A DNA stretch of 64,000 nt, taken from IMG/VR virus record IMGVR_UViG_3300010396_000007, positions 1 to 64,000 of that record; one strand, 5' to 3'. The stretch comes from a virus. Position 1 is the first letter of the stretch, and each line of letters opens with the position of its first letter. This document shows, piece by piece, positions 56,921 to 64,000 of this stretch. The translations under genes and the position numbers were made by a program. A model generated the notes under the pieces. The model was given only the letters and a program-made list of their open reading frames with translations, was not told where the DNA came from and did not search any database.

Positions 56921-57865
56921 TTAAGCTACAACAGTTACGCTGTTTTCCGCGTAAATCTTCGCAATTGGAAGACCGTTCATAGGGTTGCCGCTAGAAACGA
57001 TATCCCCAATTGAGTTGTTGAACGTTGGATACGAAGTTTCTACAACAGAACCACCTTCTGCAACCGCAGTCACAAGACCACTTGAAGAAACAGTAACAAC
57101 CGCAGTAGAAGTACCTGAGGGCTGATATGTGTTACCTGTTAGAGTCTTAAAACCGTAAGCTACATAGGTAAGAGCGTTTCCACTCTCCTGTGCAGTAGCA
57201 GTTCCAGCATGTGTTTCTGAGGCTCCGTTCGGATTCTCAAGTGTTAGAGTTGTAGTTGTAGATGCTGTAGCAATGAACGTTCCATTGTTAGAGGCAGTTG
57301 CAAATCCTGCTACTACAAATGTTTCACCCTTGAATGCGTTAGAACCACCACCTGTAATAGTACCAGTGTATACAGTTGTCCCCTGTTCATCTTGTGCAGT
57401 TCCAGCATGTGTTTCTGCAACACCGAATTCGTTAACAAGTGTAAGAGTAGTAGTTGTGCTAGCTACGCAAATAAATGAACCGTTGTTCGATGCATTTACA
57501 AATCCAGCAATGATAAAGCTGTGGCCTTGGAATGCGTTAGAACCACCACCTGTGATTGTTCCGGTATAAACCGTTTGGTTACCACTTGCTGCTGCTACGG
57601 CTGATAGTGTAAGTACAGGAGCGGAACCCGCTGCTGCTGCCGTAAGCACGAACTGTGTTCCGGCTGTTACTTCATTACCGGCTACGTCCTCTAGCTGTGG
57701 ATTTAGTTGAAAGGTTTGAGGCCCATTAAGTCCGCTCAAAGACAGTCTAATCTTATTGTAACCATTGACACCGGCCTTTGCTTCTTGACCCGGAGGTGTT
57801 ACGTTACCTTGAGATACAATCTTTGCAGCTACGCCCAAACCTGTAGTTTGACTAGGAAAGCTCAT
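56921..57865 (-). CDS. Capsid decoration/Ig-like protein with internal 66-aa duplication
   Basis: VTVSSSGLVTAVAEG Big-like motif; repeat TVYTGTITGGGSNAF...ETHAGTA. Confidence 0.6.
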   Translation of the reverse strand: MSFPSQTTGLGVAAKIVSQGNVTPPGQEAKAGVNGYNKIRLSLSGLNGPQTFQLNPQLEDVAGNEVTAGTQFVLTAAAAGSAPVLTLSAVAAASGNQTVYTGTITGGGSNAFQGHSFIIAGFVNASNNGSFICVASTTTTLTLVNEFGVAETHAGTAQDEQGTTVYTGTITGGGSNAFKGETFVVAGFATASNNGTFIATASTTTTLTLENPNGASETHAGTATAQESGNALTYVAYGFKTLTGNTYQPSGTSTAVVTVSSSGLVTAVAEGGSVVETSYPTFNNSIGDIVSSGNPMNGLPIAKIYAENSVTVVA

Positions 57866-57883
57866 GTTTTTCTATTCTCCTTA

Positions 57884-58384
57884 TTAACCTAGGAACTCTA
57901 CGCGCGCTTTTAGCGTGTAAGTAAGAGTTGCTGCTGCCGCAGATGAAATGACAATATTTGTCCCTGCCTTTGCGTTAATTACAAGTGACCCACTCTTGTT
58001 GTCACCAGCATTTGTACCCGTGCCAGTTGCCTGAATAGCCGCACCTGTCTCAGCTACGCCAGTATCACCTTCTGTATAAGCTGCCGCAGTAGATGGAAGT
58101 GTTCCACCTGTTGCAGTCATCTGCACAGCATAAGTAGTTAGGCGGTATAGTCCAGTTGCAGGAACCGCAAATGTCAGCACATTAGCCTGTGTTGCCGCTG
58201 TCTGACTTGACAAAATTGACTTAGCCAGAGCATCGGAAAAAGGTTGCCATCCGTTACCAGCACTGATATATAGTGCAGCGTTAACAGTATCAACCGCAAT
58301 ATTTGGAGCCTGTTGCGAACCACCAGAAGCTACTGCTCCTAGGGCGTTTGGGTTCCCTTGAAATACTTGATTCAGTAAACTCAT
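57884..58384 (-). CDS. Probable virion structural protein
   Basis: Directly after capsid gene; Ala/Thr-rich. Confidence 0.55.
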   Translation of the reverse strand: MSLLNQVFQGNPNALGAVASGGSQQAPNIAVDTVNAALYISAGNGWQPFSDALAKSILSSQTAATQANVLTFAVPATGLYRLTTYAVQMTATGGTLPSTAAAYTEGDTGVAETGAAIQATGTGTNAGDNKSGSLVINAKAGTNIVISSAAAATLTYTLKARVEFLG

Positions 58385-58466
58385 TATTTCTCCTTGATGA
58401 GTGCACCCATCTTAGGATGCGTGGGGAGTATATTTCAACTCCCCTCAGTTGCTTAATCAGCCCTGA

Positions 58467-59501
58467 TTAGCTGATGGCAGATGCCGCGTCGATTTCACGG
58501 ATGCGGATTGTGGTATCCGGTCCAAGTGAAGTCGTAAAGTGAACACGGTAGCTAGTCCATCCGGGGATTAGACCTTCAGGGTCAGCTACAGTTGGTTCTG
58601 CGTTCTGCACAATGTTGCACTTGATGTTCTGCCATTCTCCGTCACCGAAGCCTGTATCTCCCTGCGCACCAAGCTTAATGCTGAAGATGCCATCACGTCC
58701 GAAGATATAAGTACGTAGGGCCGTTAGACCTGTTACGCTCTTATAGTTCGAAGTTGTGGTAACCTGATTGGTCTGGAAGAAACGAACACCCGTTGAAGGA
58801 AGTTCGATCATTTCAGTTAGGTCTACAGAGATAAGGTCTTCCATGCGAGCAAGACCTACCGGGGTGTGCTTCAGAATGTCGATAGGTGAGTCGTTGCTGT
58901 TGTCAGCAAGAACGTCGCCAAGGGCAAACGGATGAATTACACCGCAGAATGTCTTACTTGCTTCGTCAAACGGACGTACCGAACGACCAGCAAGGCTCTG
59001 CACAGAGTTACGAATCTGGTTAAGGCTTAGAGTTGTAAAGCTTGTAAGTGAAGTTGCGCCAAGCTGCACAAGTACACTTGAGTCAACAGCATTTGCACCG
59101 TCAGCAGTTGCACGGACAAGACCGCTTAGAGACTCGCCAAGGCGATACGCAAGTTCACGCGCAACGTTCTCAACAGTGTTGTCAATTGCGGTAGCAAGAG
59201 ACAGACTTGAGAAGTTAGCGTAGTCCGCATATTCACCGATTGTTGCTGTGGTTGTAAGCACGTTGATAGCAATACCGCTTCCAACAGTACCCTCAGTTGT
59301 CTGAGTTGTGTTGGCTGCTAGAGGAACGTACATAAACATTTCGTACTGGTTACCAGACTTCATTGGTAGGTCCAGACGCTCCGAGCAAGCAACGAACGGA
59401 GTTTGCGCCTTCAGGTTCTCACGGAACTTCTTGTCGTAGTAACGAACCGTTGACTGAGGCAAATTTGACTGACTATTACTAGATGGGCTATAACCGGCCA
59501 T
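58467..59501 (-). CDS. Major capsid protein (HK97 fold, N4-gp56-like)
   Basis: LP..SG, TEG, EYADY, IHP, FG.D, ADP; size and position. Confidence 0.82.
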   Translation of the reverse strand: MAGYSPSSNSQSNLPQSTVRYYDKKFRENLKAQTPFVACSERLDLPMKSGNQYEMFMYVPLAANTTQTTEGTVGSGIAINVLTTTATIGEYADYANFSSLSLATAIDNTVENVARELAYRLGESLSGLVRATADGANAVDSSVLVQLGATSLTSFTTLSLNQIRNSVQSLAGRSVRPFDEASKTFCGVIHPFALGDVLADNSNDSPIDILKHTPVGLARMEDLISVDLTEMIELPSTGVRFFQTNQVTTTSNYKSVTGLTALRTYIFGRDGIFSIKLGAQGDTGFGDGEWQNIKCNIVQNAEPTVADPEGLIPGWTSYRVHFTTSLGPDTTIRIREIDAASAIS

Positions 59502-59726
59502 GTTGGTTATTCCTTATAAAAGTGGTTGGTTACGCTTCTCCTCCCAGAGAATAAACACCCATGTCCTTATCGCGTCACTTACTTCACGCCAGTAATCCGA
59601 CTGTGTTTTTCAGTGACCAAGGTTAAGACTTCAACCTTAGTTGCCTCACGCTTTTGGTGGCTCTACAGTAATCCGACTGTGAATTCCATTTGTATCGTAT
59701 TGTTTACGCTAGTCTATCTAGGGTCA

Positions 59727-60182
59727 CTAAGACGATACGTTCCAGATGGGTCTAGCGCTTTTTGCCATACATATAGCATGTTTGCCTTTCCCATAATAAT
59801 TCTCATCAACCGAGTACACTCTATATCCCAAATCGAAATACAGTTTTTGTGCAGGGTTGTTTGCGTCAACCTGAAGCCAGAAAAAAATGTTCTCAGGTTT
59901 TTGATTCATTCCATAAACTGATTCAAATTGCTTAATCAATTTAGTGGCAATTCCTTTACCGCGATGTGCGGGTTCTACAGTAACATTGTTAATGTAAGCC
60001 GCTCCATGTTTAATCTTACCAATGATAAAACCGATGACTTCACCATTTTCTTCTGCTACCCATGCGTGTCCTTTTTCAATAGACTCTAATACAAATGATT
60101 TAGGAGCAGGTACGTCTTGGTATTTATCATTTATTTCCATGACTTTCGCAAAGTCTTGCATAACAAAATCGCGTATTGTCAT
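59727..60182 (-). CDS. RimI-like GNAT acetyltransferase
   Basis: VEPAHRGKGIATKL, N.PAQKLY..LGY, NYY. Confidence 0.88.
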   Translation of the reverse strand: MTIRDFVMQDFAKVMEINDKYQDVPAPKSFVLESIEKGHAWVAEENGEVIGFIIGKIKHGAAYINNVTVEPAHRGKGIATKLIKQFESVYGMNQKPENIFFWLQVDANNPAQKLYFDLGYRVYSVDENYYGKGKHAICMAKSARPIWNVSS

Positions 60183-60183
60183 G

Positions 60184-61107
60184 TTAGCCTCTCGGCTTTC
60201 TAGCATCAGCTTCTAGTTTATCTACTAGCTTTCCAAAATTCTTATCACGCAGCAGACGAGTTTTGTACTCTTCTCCCGGCATAGCTGCAATAGCGGCTAG
60301 ACCAGTAAGAACCTGTCCGTTTGGCAGCTTATAGGTAATTTCACTACCTGCTTGTAGTGGAACACCAGAGTCCGAACTCATTTCACGGGTTAATCCCGAT
60401 GGAATACGATGTTGCACAACCTGCTCTTGTACAGGTTCTAACGGAGCAATTGGGACTTCAACCACGGGAGCAACTATCTCTACTACCGGGGCAGCACCTT
60501 CAATTAACAATCCTTGTGCCTTCAACGTATCATATGCTTTCTGGAAGTTAGCTTTTACAGGGGCCAAATCATATCGTACCATCCAAGATGTAATAGCTTC
60601 GAAATTCTCTTGGCAACGATAATAGTCTGGGTTATCTGCAACGAAAGCATTAGCTTCTAGTTTCGCGCGAAGTGAAATTACTTCCTGCTGAGTACTCTGA
60701 AGTGTCTTACCGATGGAGTCCAGCGGAGCGCCAACTGAGGCTTCAATTAATTCCTGAGTTGCCTGTGCTGAAGTCGTAGGGTCTGCTAATCTACGGGCAA
60801 TATCATAACGTTCTTCGTCTGAAAGGTCGCGCGGGGCAAATTGAATAAATCCATCTGCGTGCTGAATATCTTCCGGTAATTCTTCCCTTTCTTCGATACC
60901 AAGGCGAACTTTCTTAGTCTGTTCGCGCAGCTTGCGTACTAGAAGAACATTCTGCTCAGTAAGCTTGTCGCGTAGTTCATCTACCGTTGTGTATTTAATT
61001 ACCTGCGCTCCTCCGATTGGTCTGCCCTCTGCATCGGTAGGCTGATATTTATAAATCTTTTCCTCAACAGGCACAATTACCTGTTCAATTTGCTGTGAAT
61101 TTTCCAC
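60184..61107 (-). CDS. Capsid scaffolding protein
   Basis: Acidic helical protein between portal and capsid. Confidence 0.6.
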   Translation of the reverse strand: MENSQQIEQVIVPVEEKIYKYQPTDAEGRPIGGAQVIKYTTVDELRDKLTEQNVLLVRKLREQTKKVRLGIEEREELPEDIQHADGFIQFAPRDLSDEERYDIARRLADPTTSAQATQELIEASVGAPLDSIGKTLQSTQQEVISLRAKLEANAFVADNPDYYRCQENFEAITSWMVRYDLAPVKANFQKAYDTLKAQGLLIEGAAPVVEIVAPVVEVPIAPLEPVQEQVVQHRIPSGLTREMSSDSGVPLQAGSEITYKLPNGQVLTGLAAIAAMPGEEYKTRLLRDKNFGKLVDKLEADARKPRG

Positions 61108-61630
61108 TGTTCTCCTCCAGTCGATTCACAAAACTCTTCCACTCTTGTAGTGTTAGGTTTCGTTTAATTGTGTTAGCTTTTTGGCTAACTACCCATACAT
61201 TTCCTTTAACATAACCCAAATTTGGATTAAAACAATCAAGTGATGGGCTATTATTTGTAAGTTTACCACCTTTTTTAGATATAGGAATATCCAATAAAGG
61301 GCATACATCAGGAACTACAATATCCTCAACTTCTATATTAAAAGGAATATCACGTAACTTTGCTCTTGATTTAGCATTTTTCCATGTTTTGTATTCGGGA
61401 GTTGTGGATAATCCATGGGTAATTCTAGACTCCCCTAACCGTTGTAACCCTATGCAGCCGCAACTTGTTGTATGTCCGCTCTGAATCGCTGCTCCACGTC
61501 CAATAAATTTATTCCCACAAGAACAAACACAGTGCCAAAATGACCCTTGTTTGTTCGAATGACTATAAGACTTAATCGTTATATGGTTAAATACCATGTC
61601 GGATAAGTCTATATACTCTCCTTTTCTCAT
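61085..61630 (-). CDS. HNH-type homing endonuclease
   Basis: WHCVCSCG..SCGC..THG; SPSLD..GYVKGNV. Confidence 0.82.
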   Translation of the reverse strand: MRKGEYIDLSDMVFNHITIKSYSHSNKQGSFWHCVCSCGNKFIGRGAAIQSGHTTSCGCIGLQRLGESRITHGLSTTPEYKTWKNAKSRAKLRDIPFNIEVEDIVVPDVCPLLDIPISKKGGKLTNNSPSLDCFNPNLGYVKGNVWVVSQKANTIKRNLTLQEWKSFVNRLEENSGKFTAN

Positions 61631-61639
61631 GTTTTTCCT

Positions 61640-61987
61640 TTAAAACAAATTTTCCTCTACCGCGTTACCCTCGTGGGTAAATTCACCAATATCTAGTGAT
61701 GCTGCTACGTCAACTGGTTTATCTTGTGGTTGTGCGTGTATATATTCATCTACTTGAAGTTTAATTTCACTTATGAATGCTGTATAAAGTTGTGCTGCTA
61801 CTTTTGCATGACGATGTGCACGAAGAATGTCTTCATCTGTTGTCTGATTTATCCATTTCACTACAAATTGGTCTACACAGGCTCTGCCAATTTTCTGAAT
61901 CACAGCAAATCCCGGTTGGGACGTTACTGAGGCCAGTGCCGATTGCTCTGCTCTGTCCAGATTAACTTCTGGATTAAAATCTTCCAT
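61640..61987 (-). CDS. Hypothetical head-module protein
   Basis: Typical small gene after portal. Confidence 0.6.
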   Translation of the reverse strand: MEDFNPEVNLDRAEQSALASVTSQPGFAVIQKIGRACVDQFVVKWINQTTDEDILRAHRHAKVAAQLYTAFISEIKLQVDEYIHAQPQDKPVDVAASLDIGEFTHEGNAVEENLF

Positions 61988-62115
61988 CTCCCCTCCCCTC
62001 CCAAGGATTATTGAAGGTATTTCTCACAATGCCACGCCCGTATGGTAACCTTCTGGCATCCTCACAATTTAAGGGCCTTTTTTAAAGAAGGAGGCCCACA
62101 ACCTCTAGCTGGTGA

Positions 62116-64000
62116 CTACTGTACTTCTGGTTCTCCACCGCCTAAACCAACATCGGTGGCTTGTCCTTCATTAGCTTCGCCTTTTGCGCTATTCAGAACT
62201 GCACCTACAATCAATCTTTCCTTGATGCGAGCATCGGCGGATTCTTGCTGTAACTGAGATTTCTGTTCTGCGTTTTGCTTACTAATAGCGGATTGTGTTG
62301 CTAATTTAGACTGCTGTTGAGCCGCCTGCGACTTAGCTGCCATTCGGTCTTTCATAGCTTGAGTCATAGGCTTCACAATATCATTGAAGTCTTTCCATTC
62401 ACTTGCTTCCATCCACATCTTGAGAATCTGCTTGAAGTCAATATACTCTTCGTTAATTTCGGCAAGATTCTGCTGAATTGTTGGGTTCTCGAATATCTGA
62501 GTAATCAAGGTCATTGATTGGCTCATAGTTCTCTTAGCGGCTAATGAAGCACCCGCTAGAACCTCGTATTCTACAACACCTTCATGGAATTCTTCTAAGT
62601 CAACTTCGAAGTCTTTACCCTTCTCTGCACCTAGAATTCTATAAATTTCAGCATCAGAGAAGAACTCAAATACCAACATATCTAGGATGTACAACCAAGG
62701 CTTGAAAACCTGCTCAATAAAATTATCAAGTGGCCCGTCAAGTCGTGTTGCACTAGCTCCTGCCAAGTTGGTAGCACCTGTTGCCGTGCGTCCCATTGAT
62801 GATCTTGGGCCTGCTGTTGAGCCTTGAACAAGCTGTTGATCGGCTCCAGAGCTACTTTCGGTAGCTTTCTCGGACTCTGCCAGCGCGGACCACACATCGG
62901 GTGGAACTTTAGGCGAATCAAGTAATTTATACGCCTTATCAACTTCCGTATCTACGGTCAGGATTTTACCCAATCCGGTGCGAATCATTTGAGTAGGCGA
63001 GTTTGAATCGCGCTTACGCAAATACACAGGATTGACACCAAATGACAGTATTTTCAGGATAGCATTGATTGTTCCCTGATCTACACGTTGGTTTTGTCCT
63101 ACAATTAGGCCCAGTCCCATTCCGTAAAATGCTCTTGGTCTATTCCACCAATTAGCTGAAAGGAAAGGGATAACTCCAAATTGATTTTCCCCTGAGTAAA
63201 GCTTTTTCTTTCGTTGGATTACAATGATTTTGCGCTGCTTATCCCAGTACTCAAGAACTTCCAACTTCTTAAATAGAATGTCTGGGGTTACTTGAATATT
63301 GATATCTTCTGCGTGGTGTACTACGCCTTTAACGTATGCTGCCTGTTGGGTAACTGATTCTCCCATATCGCCAGCATTAGAAGGCGGCATGAACCATGAT
63401 TTTAACTCGGTTTCGCTAGGAAGTTCCCAACCCTTTTTATCAGGATGGCCTGCCGGTAATTCATCAATACCTTTAATCAAGGCTTGAAGTTGGTAGAAGT
63501 CCATGAATCTCTGGTCAATGGCCCAATCCGCTCTACGAATGTCTCCGTAAGAAGTATGAGGGTCCACAAGTACTCTATCAATAGGACGGCTCTCTATATA
63601 AGGTCTGGGAGCATATCGTTCCGTAATAGTGATCTTAGGTGCGTCCTCTGTAGGGATCATAGCCTTGTCCTGATAACCTTCAGGACCAGCTTCTACTTTT
63701 GTAACCGTAGGGGTTCGTTTCTTAGTGATAATTTTCTTGTATTCAATACCCCATTTCCAGATTCCTGTGCCAAAAAGGGCCATCTGTTCAAGGCCAATTT
63801 TAGTTTCCATCTTGAAATTGCACTGATCTAACAGGGCCGAGAATAGCGATGTTTTCGCATCCACTACGTTCTGTGACGTTCCGGGACGCGGACGCAACAC
63901 CATTGGAGGGTCCTGATAGAACAGTCCTTTATATAACTGAGGTACGATAGCATTTACAACTTTTGCGACTGTGAAGCGTTGTACATTAGGTTCCAAAATG
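62116..64000 (-). CDS. Portal protein (5' end outside window)
   Basis: FGTGIWK, YGMG, TATGA; size and position. Confidence 0.8.
   Translation of the reverse strand, partial: ILEPNVQRFTVAKVVNAIVPQLYKGLFYQDPPMVLRPRPGTSQNVVDAKTSLFSALLDQCNFKMETKIGLEQMALFGTGIWKWGIEYKKIITKKRTPTVTKVEAGPEGYQDKAMIPTEDAPKITITERYAPRPYIESRPIDRVLVDPHTSYGDIRRADWAIDQRFMDFYQLQALIKGIDELPAGHPDKKGWELPSETELKSWFMPPSNAGDMGESVTQQAAYVKGVVHHAEDINIQVTPDILFKKLEVLEYWDKQRKIIVIQRKKKLYSGENQFGVIPFLSANWWNRPRAFYGMGLGLIVGQNQRVDQGTINAILKILSFGVNPVYLRKRDSNSPTQMIRTGLGKILTVDTEVDKAYKLLDSPKVPPDVWSALAESEKATESSSGADQQLVQGSTAGPRSSMGRTATGATNLAGASATRLDGPLDNFIEQVFKPWLYILDMLVFEFFSDAEIYRILGAEKGKDFEVDLEEFHEGVVEYEVLAGASLAAKRTMSQSMTLITQIFENPTIQQNLAEINEEYIDFKQILKMWMEASEWKDFNDIVKPMTQAMKDRMAAKSQAAQQQSKLATQSAISKQNAEQKSQLQQESADARIKERLIVGAVLNSAKGEANEGQATDVGLGGGEPEVQ

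Larger units (their letters stand above)
1..64000. mobile_element. Tailed dsDNA bacteriophage genome segment (podovirus-like late module)
   Basis: Portal, scaffold, capsid, tail and ejection genes on the - arm; replication and counter-defence genes on the + arm; no host housekeeping operons. Confidence 0.95.

Noticed and set aside
61988-62115. Two hairpins and repeated TTGTGAG after the portal gene
   Set aside because: Short stems that could be a weak terminator; not enough support for a distinct element

Overview
The window is most of a tailed dsDNA phage genome with podovirus-like late genes, arranged as two converging arms. The + arm (1-27953) holds early and replication genes: a minimal tyrosine recombinase, PD-(D/E)XK exonuclease, probable SSB/annealing protein, two RNA ligases, HAD phosphatase, SF2 helicase, HhH glycosylase, primase-helicase, a mini-kinase, RecA, MazG, a PRPS+NAMPT-like pair (NARP1-type), tRNA-Arg and an AAA ATPase. 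The - arm (64000-27996) holds the portal (cut by the window edge), scaffold, a GNAT, major capsid, adaptors, tail/fibre and ejection proteins, nucleotide enzymes, lysis genes, 7 tRNAs and a class II RNR. About 11 free-standing HNH/EndoVII nuclease genes are scattered through both arms. No DNA polymerase, terminase, RT or CRISPR array was recognised. The most unusual observations are: (1) a leaderless early gene joining the YebC N-terminal signature to an RMF-like motif; (2) signal-peptide-bearing, Cys-paired fibre/beta-helix proteins inside the virion module; (3) HNH genes whose C-termini repeat, in other codons, the C-terminus of the upstream gene; (4) A18-G55 tRNAs; (5) several structured leaders, especially before the capsid gene. 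All calls come from motif recognition by eye; no searches or folding programs were run.
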